From Candidatus Woesebacteria bacterium (lineage in GTDB: Bacteria > Patescibacteriota > Microgenomatia > UBA1400 > UBA1396), in contig JAJOJK010000018.1 of the NCBI GenBank assembly GCA_021208605.1, positions 4,780-68,779 on the forward strand: a stretch of 64,000 nt of DNA, read 5' to 3'. Shown here one piece after another: positions 41,508 through 50,390 of this stretch; position 1 is the stretch's first letter, and every line of letters begins with the position of its first letter. Position numbers and translations under genes: made by a program. The notes below the pieces were generated by a model. The model did no database searches. It was not told where the DNA came from and saw only the letters and a list, made by a program, of their open reading frames with translations.

Positions 41508-44027
41508 TCATAAGCGCGCGGTGCGAGCTTGGTCGATTACTTTGCCCTCGCGGAACCAATTGGGATCACAGGCCGACTTGGGAACCTGGGAAAGTGGCAT
41601 CACTGTTTTCACAATATCTGGACAGCCTGTACAGGGCAGAGTTCCGGTACTGGCACAAATCTCGACCTCTTGGAGTCCAACTGGCAAAGCAAAGTGGTGA
41701 GAACTGCCTTCGATAGCCAGAGTCATTATTTCATTCCAAATGGGCGACGCTCCCGTCACACCCGAAGCCACGGCACTCATCGGTGTGTTGTCATTGTTAC
41801 CGACCCAGGTGACCACAACTCGGTCATTGGTGTACCCGATCGTCCAGTTGTCGCGCAAACTATTGGTTGTTCCAGTTTTTACGGCGACTTCTTGACCAGG
41901 GATATGCAATACAGAGTTCAAGCCAAAGGCTCGCGAGCGAGCCTGATTGTCGCTCAGCACGGAAGTCAACTGATATGCCGCAATTGGCGACAACACTCGC
42001 TCGCCATTACACGGCTGCACCGCACCAACGCATGGATTACGGTACATTTGTTTGCCGGTATAGTCATACACAGTGGTAATTGGATTCAAGGCAACTTTCT
42101 CGCCACCGGTCGCAAACGAGCCATATACACTGGCCATGTCATACATGGTGACCTCATTACTGCCAAGCGTCATGGCTAAGCCGTGTCGACTCGGATCATT
42201 CCAGGTGGTAATACCCAGTTTTTCTCCTAAGTTCACGAAATCATTGATTCCCAGTTCTGCTAATAAACGAACCGCGGGGATGTTGCGCGAGTTTGCCAGT
42301 GCTTCCCGTAACGTGATACGACCGTAGAACTGGCCATCATAGTTTTTGGGCTGATACGGCGGCGCGCCTTGGGTAGTGTATACCACGGGCACATCGTCAA
42401 CAGTGCTCTGCGGAGTCTTCCCTTTCTCGAAGGCGAGAGCGTAGGTGAGCGGTTTGATCGAACTTCCTGGTTGACGAGGTCGAAACACCACATTCACTTG
42501 CCCGTCATTTGCCGAGTCAAAATAGTCGCGGCTTCCGACCATGGCGAGCACTTCACCGGAATTCGGATCGGTCACGAGTGCCGCGCCGTTACTGACCCGT
42601 AGTCGAGCCAACTCGGAGAGTTCCTGAACCACCGCCGCCTCGGCGCTCGCCTGCAAACTGGGATCAAGCGTGGTATGAACCTCCAGGCCTCCTTGACTGA
42701 CCATCTCCTCACCATAGGCAGCCACTAACAGCTCACGCACATACATCACAAAATGAGGCGACTGAATATCGTACTGTCCGGTGCGGAATGCTAATTTTTC
42801 TTGTCTCGCTTTTTCGTATTGCTCCGGGGTAATAACTCCCAAATCTGCCATTTTCTGCAACACCTCTTGCTGTCGATTGGCGGCGCGCTCCGGTTCCGAG
42901 CCAAACGGACTGTAGGCAGTTGGCGCAACAGGCAACCCTGCCAACAAAGCACTCTCTGCAATACTCAAGTCGCGGGCGGATTTGCCAAAGAACCACTGAC
43001 TGGCCTCTTCTACCCCATAAATAGAGCCACCATAGTTCACTTCATTGAGATACATTTCCAAAATCTCTTCTTTGGAGTAGCGTGCATCCACCGCTAACGC
43101 TAGAACAAGTTCTTTTATTTTGCGCTCCCAGGTTCTTTCAGGAGTAAGTAGCGTATTTTTTACCAGTTGTTGCGTAATTGTTGAGCCACCCTGTACCGTG
43201 TCGTTCTGCAAATTGTGCCAAAATGCGCGCCCAATCCCCCGGAACGAAATTCCGACATGTTCGTAAAACTGAGCATCCTCAATAGCAAGCGTGGCGTGCA
43301 CTACATATGGTGAAATTTCATCTAGCGGAACATACGTACGGTTTTCGTCCTTAAAAAATTTATACAGCAAATTGCCGTCACGATCGTAAATGCGTGTCGA
43401 TAATTTGGGAGTATGACTGTCGATCGCTGTCGGTGAAGGCAGATCAATAAAGATCGTTTGGTAGCTCCAATAGGCTCCGCCGACACCCATTCCCACCACT
43501 AATACAAGTCCTACACTCCACAATGGCATACGTAAGGGCGCGGCCAAAGCCATGTGCTCGGTAATTTGCCGCCGACGGAAAACCGCGGAGCGCCACGCAC
43601 CATGCTTCCACCACCAATTTAGTTCAAACCGGAAATGCGCGAAGCGCGAACTTGAGGTCGTGGAAGTGGCCGAGAATTCATACGAAAACAAATCGCTTTC
43701 TGATTTTTGTTCTTCCGATGGTTTCGCTACTCTCTCTGATTGAACGGCGTCTTGTAAATCAGGGTTTTGGGCTGTGAAAAGGTGCGGCCAGGACCACCGT
43801 ACAGTCGGAAGTTGCACGCGCAGGCGTGGAAGAGAGATCTTGGGCAGTACTTTTGTATGCAAAAGTGGCCGGAGTTGTTTGCGCAAGCCAAAAAAAAGAC
43901 GCCTCACGCCGAACTGCACCGCTTCCCATACCGCACCAATGAGTCGTAGACTCACTTTACAGAAAAAGAGAAACGGATATCCTAACCAAAAAAGGCCTGT
44001 GCTTACAAACTGTATAATTTGCATCAC
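41508..44027 (-). CDS. class A penicillin-binding protein (transglycosylase GT51 + transpeptidase)
   Basis: 839-aa track ORF (GTG start, probably over-extended; likely start near MALAAPLRMPLWSVGLVLVVG at ~43554). GT51 motifs (EDAQFYEHVGIS, GGSTITQQLVKN) and transpeptidase SxxK. Confidence 0.88.
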   Translation of the reverse strand: MMQIIQFVSTGLFWLGYPFLFFCKVSLRLIGAVWEAVQFGVRRLFFGLRKQLRPLLHTKVLPKISLPRLRVQLPTVRWSWPHLFTAQNPDLQDAVQSERVAKPSEEQKSESDLFSYEFSATSTTSSSRFAHFRFELNWWWKHGAWRSAVFRRRQITEHMALAAPLRMPLWSVGLVLVVGMGVGGAYWSYQTIFIDLPSPTAIDSHTPKLSTRIYDRDGNLLYKFFKDENRTYVPLDEISPYVVHATLAIEDAQFYEHVGISFRGIGRAFWHNLQNDTVQGGSTITQQLVKNTLLTPERTWERKIKELVLALAVDARYSKEEILEMYLNEVNYGGSIYGVEEASQWFFGKSARDLSIAESALLAGLPVAPTAYSPFGSEPERAANRQQEVLQKMADLGVITPEQYEKARQEKLAFRTGQYDIQSPHFVMYVRELLVAAYGEEMVSQGGLEVHTTLDPSLQASAEAAVVQELSELARLRVSNGAALVTDPNSGEVLAMVGSRDYFDSANDGQVNVVFRPRQPGSSIKPLTYALAFEKGKTPQSTVDDVPVVYTTQGAPPYQPKNYDGQFYGRITLREALANSRNIPAVRLLAELGINDFVNLGEKLGITTWNDPSRHGLAMTLGSNEVTMYDMASVYGSFATGGEKVALNPITTVYDYTGKQMYRNPCVGAVQPCNGERVLSPIAAYQLTSVLSDNQARSRAFGLNSVLHIPGQEVAVKTGTTNSLRDNWTIGYTNDRVVVTWVGNNDNTPMSAVASGVTGASPIWNEIMTLAIEGSSHHFALPVGLQEVEICASTGTLPCTGCPDIVKTVMPLSQVPKSACDPNWFREGKVIDQARTARL

Positions 44028-44146
44028 TGCTGTTGATCTCCTGCCATAGGCTCATCTAAACACACATGTCATACATTCCTCAACTGGAATTTTCTCGATC
44101 AAACAGACTTCCACTTTTGTCTATGAAAGTACAAAATATACTCGAA

Positions 44147-45349
44147 CTAAAATTTTTGCTCGACCACATCCCACAATTCGCGATGAGGCCCTTCGTATCC
44201 AAGCGCCCACACCGCAATTCCACCCAAACCAATTTGGTTCACAAAGTCTAACTTGTAGGAAAACGAACGCGTGTTCTCATAGTAAATGAACTGCGTTTGG
44301 CCATCTTCCTCATACACAATGTATGGCGACAAGGCATCTTCGTCCCACTTCTCTTCAGCGAGTAATTCCGGATCACCGAGCACTTCAAGCACCCGTTTAT
44401 ATGTGGCGGTAGCACCGGTCTGTGGAAACGTGGTCGCTCCAGGTTGATCGGAGGTTGCGGTCCATTCGTAGCCATAAAAAGGAATACCAAGCAGTATTTT
44501 GTGCGCTGGGACTTCCAGTAAAATATCGCGCATATTGCTCACGACGTCGTCTTGCCAGCGTCCGTTTCCTTTGCCAAAAATTGGGGCCACTGGTCCAACG
44601 GTCGAAGATGATCGCACGTGGTAGTCGTAGGACATCACCACTAAATAGTCAGACTGCTCGGCAATACGGCCAACATCCCAGATTTGATACCGCGTCGCCG
44701 CCGAACCGTAGACAGCGACACTAAGTTCAATGTTTTCGTCGACCTCGGCTAAAGCGGTATTCAGATCAGTAATGAACTCAACATACTGCTCCCGCATCTG
44801 GTCCGTTACCGGCCCGGAATACTCCAGGTCCATGACAACTCCTTCAAAGGGGTAACTCGCTAATAATTGTGTAATGGTAAAAATAGCCTTCTCTTGTGCA
44901 GCATCACTGCGCAAAAATGCGGTAATGTCGTCATTATTCAACAAGGTGACTGTAATCTGCATGTGTTGATCGTAGGCATTCGCCCGCTCTACCCATGTCT
45001 CGAAAGACTCACTTTGCAAACGATGGTAGCCCATATCAATTTCCCCACCAGACCGCTCCACAAGAGATCCGGTTCCATCAAACGTCACTGAAAAATAGGC
45101 AATATCGGTGAGAACAGCAGAGTGCGAAGCATCTGTCATTGTCCAGTACGGCAAGAATCCCAGCACTCGTGGCTCAACTTCCGAAGACACTTGACTCTCA
45201 CGCAACTGAATATACCCCAAACGAGAAAGTGGGGTAGCCAGTTTGCGACGCCACTGTCCAGAAAGCACTACCGCGCTTCCACCTAACACTAAGGCGAGTA
45301 ATACAACAGAAAAACTTATATACCAGAGCCAACGCCGCTTACGGAGCAT
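44147..45349 (-). CDS. glycoside hydrolase family 18-like protein (membrane-anchored; chitinase/YdhD-type peptidoglycan hydrolase fold)
   Basis: 400 aa; N-terminal TM; GH18 hallmarks LGFLPYW, GVVMDLEY (DxE catalytic), MSYDYH, GIPFYGYEW, GGIAVWALGYE. Confidence 0.75.
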   Translation of the reverse strand: MLRKRRWLWYISFSVVLLALVLGGSAVVLSGQWRRKLATPLSRLGYIQLRESQVSSEVEPRVLGFLPYWTMTDASHSAVLTDIAYFSVTFDGTGSLVERSGGEIDMGYHRLQSESFETWVERANAYDQHMQITVTLLNNDDITAFLRSDAAQEKAIFTITQLLASYPFEGVVMDLEYSGPVTDQMREQYVEFITDLNTALAEVDENIELSVAVYGSAATRYQIWDVGRIAEQSDYLVVMSYDYHVRSSSTVGPVAPIFGKGNGRWQDDVVSNMRDILLEVPAHKILLGIPFYGYEWTATSDQPGATTFPQTGATATYKRVLEVLGDPELLAEEKWDEDALSPYIVYEEDGQTQFIYYENTRSFSYKLDFVNQIGLGGIAVWALGYEGPHRELWDVVEQKF

Positions 45350-45378
45350 AGTTAGGCTCTATTGTATCAGGGGAAAAA

Positions 45379-45627
45379 TTATTTGCTCTGTGATTGCTTC
45401 AGAGTACGAGACATACGCGCTTTACGACGAGCAGCAGTATTCTTGTGCATCAAGTTACGCTTCACGGCTTTGTCTAAGCGGCTGTAGGCCTCTTGTAAAG
45501 CTTCAGCAGAAGGGTTGCTCATGAATTTCTTGACCGCAGTCTTCATCTGAGAACGAACCTGGTTGTTGATAGCTTGCTTGCGCAGAGAAACGCGCAAAGC
45601 TTTTTTGGCGGATGATAGTATTGGCAT
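45379..45627 (-). CDS. rpsT: 30S ribosomal protein S20
   Basis: 82 aa helical S20 family. Confidence 0.9.
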   Translation of the reverse strand: MPILSSAKKALRVSLRKQAINNQVRSQMKTAVKKFMSNPSAEALQEAYSRLDKAVKRNLMHKNTAARRKARMSRTLKQSQSK

Positions 45628-45673
45628 AGAGGAGAGATTATATCATATATTTTGAGAAGTCCGAAGCAATTTC

Positions 45674-47437
45674 TTGAGGGACAACCAAAATCTGACCCAC
45701 TGCCCACTCTCCTATTATGCTCTGGACCAAATCGGCGTCTTTCGTCATACTACCCACATGCAAGCATTCACCCGGTGGCTGCGTCGCCAGAGTTCCTGGA
45801 TTGAGTCGCAACAGGCCTCAATTCTCTCTGCCGCGACGATAATTTTTGTGGCTAACATGGCCTCGACTCTTGCCGGATTAGTGAAGAATCGTGTCCTCTC
45901 CTCGGTCTATTTCACTCCAGAATTCCAAGGTGGAAATCTCCTGGACGCATATTTTGTAGCCTTCCGGGCCCCTGATTTCGCCTTTAACTTGATTATTCTT
46001 GGTTCGCTCTCGGCTGCTTTTGTACCATTGTTTTCTGCCCGTTACGCCAAAAGTGAAAAAGATGCCTTCCGCTTTGCTAACCAAACGATGTACCTCTTAA
46101 TGAGCGTATTTGTACTCGCCAGCATCGCCATCCTGCTTTTCACTGAACCCTTCGTGCATTTCCTCACCGGTGATGGCTTAACGGACCTGCAAGTCACCGA
46201 AGCCATCTCAATGACACGCATTATGGTTCTGGCGCAGCTTTTCTTTGGATTTTCTGGCTTTATCTCCGCCATGCTACAGAGTGTCAAACGCTTTATTATT
46301 CCGGCATTTAGCCCGCTGTTTTACAACTTTGGCATAATCTTTATGACCGTTTTTGCCCATGACTGGCTCGGAATTCAGGCGGCTGCATGGGGAACAGTGC
46401 TCGGCGCCGGCCTGCACATGGCAGTACAAATCCCACTCTTGCTGAAAATCGGCTACCGACCGTTCATCTGGCCAGAATGGAACTGGGCCGATATGCGAGA
46501 GTTCTTTTCGTTGACAGCACCACGCACTCTGGCTCTCGGCGTTTCTCAGCTGAATCTCTGGGTCATTACCTTCTTTGCCACCGCCATTGGTGGCAATGCG
46601 CTGACCATGATTACGTTCGGTCAGATGCTGATGAACATTCCCATTCGCTTTTTTGGCGTCTCCATTGGCCAGGCTGCGCTTCCGTTTCTGTCCGCCGAAC
46701 AACATGACATTGTTGGCTTCCGACGCACGGTGTATCGATCGTTGCGCCAGATATTCTTCTTTGCTGCTCCGGCCTCGGTACTCTTGCTGATTTTGCGTGT
46801 CCCAGCGGTACGTTTAGCCTACGGAACCCAAGAATTCCCCTGGAGAAATACGCTCATCACGGCGCAAGCGGTGGGAATTCTCGCCGTTTCGATTGCCCCA
46901 CAAGCAGCCACACACCTCTTGATGCGGGCTTTTTATGCCTTAAACAACACCGTTACACCGCTCATCGCGGCCGTTCTGTATCTGGTGGGAACGGCGGCCT
47001 TTGGCTGGTACTTTTCCCTCCAAATGGGGATGGGGCTCAATGGCATAGCCTGGGCACTAACACTCGCCGCCACTCTGGAGACATTCTTTTTACTCTTTGC
47101 TCTCATCTGGAGAATCGGCTTAGGCGATGTGCAAAAACTGTTTTGGTCATTACTTCGTATTACGAGCGCCGCCTTTTTGATGGCTGTCACACTCTTTGTT
47201 TTCCAGCGCTTACTCGATCTGTATGTCTTTGAAACTTCACGTACATTGCAATTGCTCCAACTCACCATGAGCGTAGCCTTGATGGGTGGCGCGGTGTACT
47301 TGATACTCTGTTGGCTTTTCCGTATCGAAGAGCTCACCATTTTGGGCACTATTACGCGTAAGATTCGCCAGAGTTGGAAGAAAGTCAGCAAATCGACACC
47401 GGCATTTTTGGAAACTATTTCTGGATCTGAGTCGTAG
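45674..47437 (+). CDS. murJ: lipid II flippase MurJ (MviN family)
   Basis: 587 aa with ~14 TM segments, MOP/MurJ family; the start may be an internal Met. Confidence 0.85.
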   Translation: MRDNQNLTHCPLSYYALDQIGVFRHTTHMQAFTRWLRRQSSWIESQQASILSAATIIFVANMASTLAGLVKNRVLSSVYFTPEFQGGNLLDAYFVAFRAPDFAFNLIILGSLSAAFVPLFSARYAKSEKDAFRFANQTMYLLMSVFVLASIAILLFTEPFVHFLTGDGLTDLQVTEAISMTRIMVLAQLFFGFSGFISAMLQSVKRFIIPAFSPLFYNFGIIFMTVFAHDWLGIQAAAWGTVLGAGLHMAVQIPLLLKIGYRPFIWPEWNWADMREFFSLTAPRTLALGVSQLNLWVITFFATAIGGNALTMITFGQMLMNIPIRFFGVSIGQAALPFLSAEQHDIVGFRRTVYRSLRQIFFFAAPASVLLLILRVPAVRLAYGTQEFPWRNTLITAQAVGILAVSIAPQAATHLLMRAFYALNNTVTPLIAAVLYLVGTAAFGWYFSLQMGMGLNGIAWALTLAATLETFFLLFALIWRIGLGDVQKLFWSLLRITSAAFLMAVTLFVFQRLLDLYVFETSRTLQLLQLTMSVALMGGAVYLILCWLFRIEELTILGTITRKIRQSWKKVSKSTPAFLETISGSES

Positions 47438-47504
47438 ACTTGAAACGCGTGACCGGCGGGTCCAACCTCTTCACTGTTCTCCATAAAACTTGTTCCCCAA
47501 TCTA

Positions 47505-47537
47505 AAAACGGCCCCGTTTCCGAGGCCGTTTCGTTTT
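47505..47537. terminator. bidirectional terminator between convergent murJ and the pilin P6 gene
   Basis: AAAAACGGCC-CCGTTTCCGA-GGCCGTTTCGTTTTCG hairpin. Confidence 0.55.
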
Positions 47538-47554
47538 CGATTTTCAGCTTACAA

Positions 47555-48010
47555 TTAGTAAGGCTTAATCTGTTGGAGGGTATCACTGATACCAGAGCCA
47601 AAGATGTTAATACCGAAGAAGTAAGCGATAATTTGCATGATCGCGTAGCTGGAAGCAACGATTGCCAAACCGACTAAAGCGGCCGTAATCTTGTTGCGAG
47701 CAGATTCGGTTTTACCCTTGTCACCACCAGAGGTGATCCATTGGATACCACCAAGAATGAGGTAACCAAACACCAAGATAGCAGAGATCAAAAGAGCGGC
47801 ACCAATCGCGCTAGAAAGCAGACGACCAACGTCGGTAATTTTGATATTAGCTTGATCTTGATCCACCGTAACTTGTGGAACACTTTGTGCGAGGGCGGCA
47901 CCAGCAGCGGTTAAGAAACCAACTACGGAACTCCCTGCGGCGACAAGTTTCTTTTTAGTCATACGACTCCTTGTACTGTTTTCTTTTTTCATTATACCAG
48001 TTTTTCTCAA
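47555..48010 (-). CDS. T4SS pilin-like protein P6 (VirB2/TrbC-like, two-helix)
   Basis: 151 aa; a signal-peptide-like N-terminus, then TM-(GGIQWITSGGDKGKTESARNKITAALVGL)-TM. Closest paralog is P5. An extended -10 TGGTATAAT promoter lies upstream. Confidence 0.55.
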   Translation of the reverse strand: MRKTGIMKKENSTRSRMTKKKLVAAGSSVVGFLTAAGAALAQSVPQVTVDQDQANIKITDVGRLLSSAIGAALLISAILVFGYLILGGIQWITSGGDKGKTESARNKITAALVGLAIVASSYAIMQIIAYFFGINIFGSGISDTLQQIKPY

Positions 48011-48074
48011 GTTCTATGGTAGCACAGTCTTTTTTTCTTCGTAAAGACTGAATACCATCTGTGTTCTTCTTTCG

Positions 48075-48653
48075 CTAGCAAGAACTAAAGTCATAGCCAG
48101 GCTTTTCTGCACCCGCTGTTTCGCAGCTACAGGGCTCGTAGTGCGTATAAGGCAACTGAGAAACACCTTGGCCAGGACCAAAGCACTGCACCGTGGCAGC
48201 ACCGGTAGTACAGTATCCGCCGGCTCCGCCGTCGCTGTAAGTGCGACCAATTTCACAACGCACGCCACCGCCGCCTTGAGAGGCTGCGCCAGCTGCTCCT
48301 GCGGCACCACTGCCGCCACCCAACGTGTTTCCACCGCTGTTATCCCCAAGAACATTGATGCCAAAGAAATACTGCACGATAGAAAAGATAGCAAAGACTG
48401 ATACCAAAACTCCTAAGCCAACAATAGATTGAATAATTTTTTCGCGGGCCTTTTCGATCTTGCCTTTATCGCCACCGGAAGTAATCCATTGGACACCTCC
48501 GAGAACCATATAGCCAAAAGCAGCAAGTGCACCCACTAAAATGGCCACTCCAACAAAACTTCCAACAAGGACACCCAGATCCGTCTGAATTGGTGCACCA
48601 CCAATTTGTTGTAAATTCTGAGCGATGTTGACTTCGGCTGTACCTGCAAACAT
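48075..48653 (-). CDS. T4SS pilin-like protein P5 with Gly-rich / six-Cys C-terminal extension
   Basis: 192 aa; core LGGVQWITSGGDKGKIEKAREKIIQSIVGL, plus a C-terminal ...GGGVRCEIGRTYSDGGAGGYCTTGAATVQCFGPGQGVSQLPYTHYEPCSCETAGAEKPGYDFSSC. Confidence 0.55.
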   Translation of the reverse strand: MFAGTAEVNIAQNLQQIGGAPIQTDLGVLVGSFVGVAILVGALAAFGYMVLGGVQWITSGGDKGKIEKAREKIIQSIVGLGVLVSVFAIFSIVQYFFGINVLGDNSGGNTLGGGSGAAGAAGAASQGGGGVRCEIGRTYSDGGAGGYCTTGAATVQCFGPGQGVSQLPYTHYEPCSCETAGAEKPGYDFSSC

Positions 48654-48661
48654 GATTTCTC

Positions 48662-49111
48662 CTACTGTGTTCTTCCTGGTACTGCCCCACTCATTCCTCC
48701 ACTGCCTGGAGCTGACGGTTGACGCAAAGAACCGGCGCCGGATGAGTTCAGCTGATTAATAAACGTTGGATTCAACAGATCGAGTCCAAAAACAGGACCA
48801 ATAAAGGCCGCCACAGCAACCACAGAGGCTAAAACGGCTAAACCAACAATAGATTGAATAATTCGATCGCGTGCTTTTTCTATCTTGCCACTATCTCCAC
48901 CCGCTGTAATCCAGCCAATGGCTCCTAAAAACATGTAGAGCAAAACAGCCAGTCCACCAAGAATTAAAGCGGTTTGAATCAACAAAGCAATGTATAAGCC
49001 AAGAACAGAGGCTCCACCGGAAGCCGTATCTGGCGCGCTAGAGATTACTTGTTCCACCGCTGGAACAGCTGGATTTGTAATACGCTGGGCGAGTAAAGTC
49101 GATAAAATCAT
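48662..49111 (-). CDS. T4SS pilin-like protein P4
   Basis: 149 aa; core LGAIGWITAGGDSGKIEKARDRIIQSIVGL. Confidence 0.55.
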   Translation of the reverse strand: MILSTLLAQRITNPAVPAVEQVISSAPDTASGGASVLGLYIALLIQTALILGGLAVLLYMFLGAIGWITAGGDSGKIEKARDRIIQSIVGLAVLASVVAVAAFIGPVFGLDLLNPTFINQLNSSGAGSLRQPSAPGSGGMSGAVPGRTQ

Positions 49112-49528
49112 TTAGGGTCCTCCTGGGTAGCTAGACGAGCTGGGAATAATTTGTAAGAAGGTTTCGCCAGGGTCCAAAATATTGAGACCGAAGACACCGC
49201 CAACAATGCCAATAATCGCCACCGCCAAAATCATGACGAGCAAACCAATGGCTGCGTTGATCATTTTCTGTTGGGCTTTTTCAACAGCACCCTTGTCGCC
49301 ACCAGCACGGAGCCAGTCGAATCCGGCAATCAATAAGTAGACCACAAAGAAAATGCCGCCGAGAACGGTGATAAAGGCAATAATGTTGGATAGTTGCTCG
49401 GAAAAAAGAGTCACTAATCCTTCACGATCACCGAGGTTGCCAGCTACTTGGTCACCGATGAAGCCAGCGCCGGTAATTGGCTCGTCACCGAGTTGAAGTT
49501 GTTGTCCTTGGGCGAGTAAATTGCTCAT
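49112..49528 (-). CDS. T4SS pilin-like protein P3
   Basis: 138 aa; core IAGFDWLRAGGDKGAVEKAQQKMINAAIGL. Confidence 0.5.
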   Translation of the reverse strand: MSNLLAQGQQLQLGDEPITGAGFIGDQVAGNLGDREGLVTLFSEQLSNIIAFITVLGGIFFVVYLLIAGFDWLRAGGDKGAVEKAQQKMINAAIGLLVMILAVAIIGIVGGVFGLNILDPGETFLQIIPSSSSYPGGP

Positions 49529-49535
49529 ATCTATC

Positions 49536-49901
49536 CTAGTTTCCTACACCTTCGATCACTGGTTGCAAGAGGAAGCGGGCGTCACCAAAGAAGAAGAGTC
49601 CAATGAGCGCGGCCAAAAGTGGCGCGGCGACCATGACTAATAATCCAATAAAGGTATTCGTAATTTTCTGACTCATCTCACCGATCTGCTTGGAGTCTCC
49701 AGGAGAAACGATCACCATGAAGCCAGCAGTCAGAATATTAAACAAAGCCCAAATGCCACCGACGATAGTGACCAAAATAATCAAACGGGAAATAAAACCG
49801 GTAATTCCGGCGCCAGCGCCCAAAACACCGTAGCTATTTTCCACCACGGCTGGCGGGGTAATGGTTCCGAATGGATTGTTTTGTGCTAATAGTTTTCCCA
49901 T
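49536..49901 (-). CDS. T4SS pilin-like protein P2 (divergent)
   Basis: 121 aa; two TM helices flanking SPGDSKQIGEMSQKITNTFIGL. Confidence 0.45.
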   Translation of the reverse strand: MGKLLAQNNPFGTITPPAVVENSYGVLGAGAGITGFISRLIILVTIVGGIWALFNILTAGFMVIVSPGDSKQIGEMSQKITNTFIGLLVMVAAPLLAALIGLFFFGDARFLLQPVIEGVGN

Positions 49902-49908
49902 GATCCTC

Positions 49909-50250
49909 CTAGAATATCTTCACTCCGGTGAGCGCGGCAATAATCTGCATTATCCAGAATGAAGCCAACAATAGTATAAACCCGCCAATGGCGTAGAAAA
50001 AGGCTTTCTTGCCTTCTTCGGCTGCTTTTTTGTTATCGGGATTCATAACCATACGAAAACCGGCGGCAAAAATGAAAATGAAAAGCAAAACACCGGCCAA
50101 CACATAGACGTTGGGCAAAAGAATGTTAATTAACGTAGCAGGAGAGTCATAGACCGAAGCAACCGATGGTCCATCTGGACGGAGAAGATACGATTCACCC
50201 AGGTTTACCTGGGCGACTAAAGTTCGGGTGACGGACGTGATTTCGGCCAT
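49909..50250 (-). CDS. T4SS pilin-like protein P1 (most divergent)
   Basis: 113 aa; two TM helices flanking NPDNKKAAEEGKKAFFYAIGG. Confidence 0.4.
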   Translation of the reverse strand: MAEITSVTRTLVAQVNLGESYLLRPDGPSVASVYDSPATLINILLPNVYVLAGVLLFIFIFAAGFRMVMNPDNKKAAEEGKKAFFYAIGGFILLLASFWIMQIIAALTGVKIF

Positions 50251-50390
50251 TTCCGCTATTGTAGCACGGCCCTTGAGGAAAAGGGGGAATGTTTTTTCAC
50301 AGTTCGTTTCACAGGGGCTTAGTTTCTGACCAGCAAGCCTGTTGATTTACGAACCTGGTTTTCTGTCTTGAAGGCGATATAATTTGGAGG

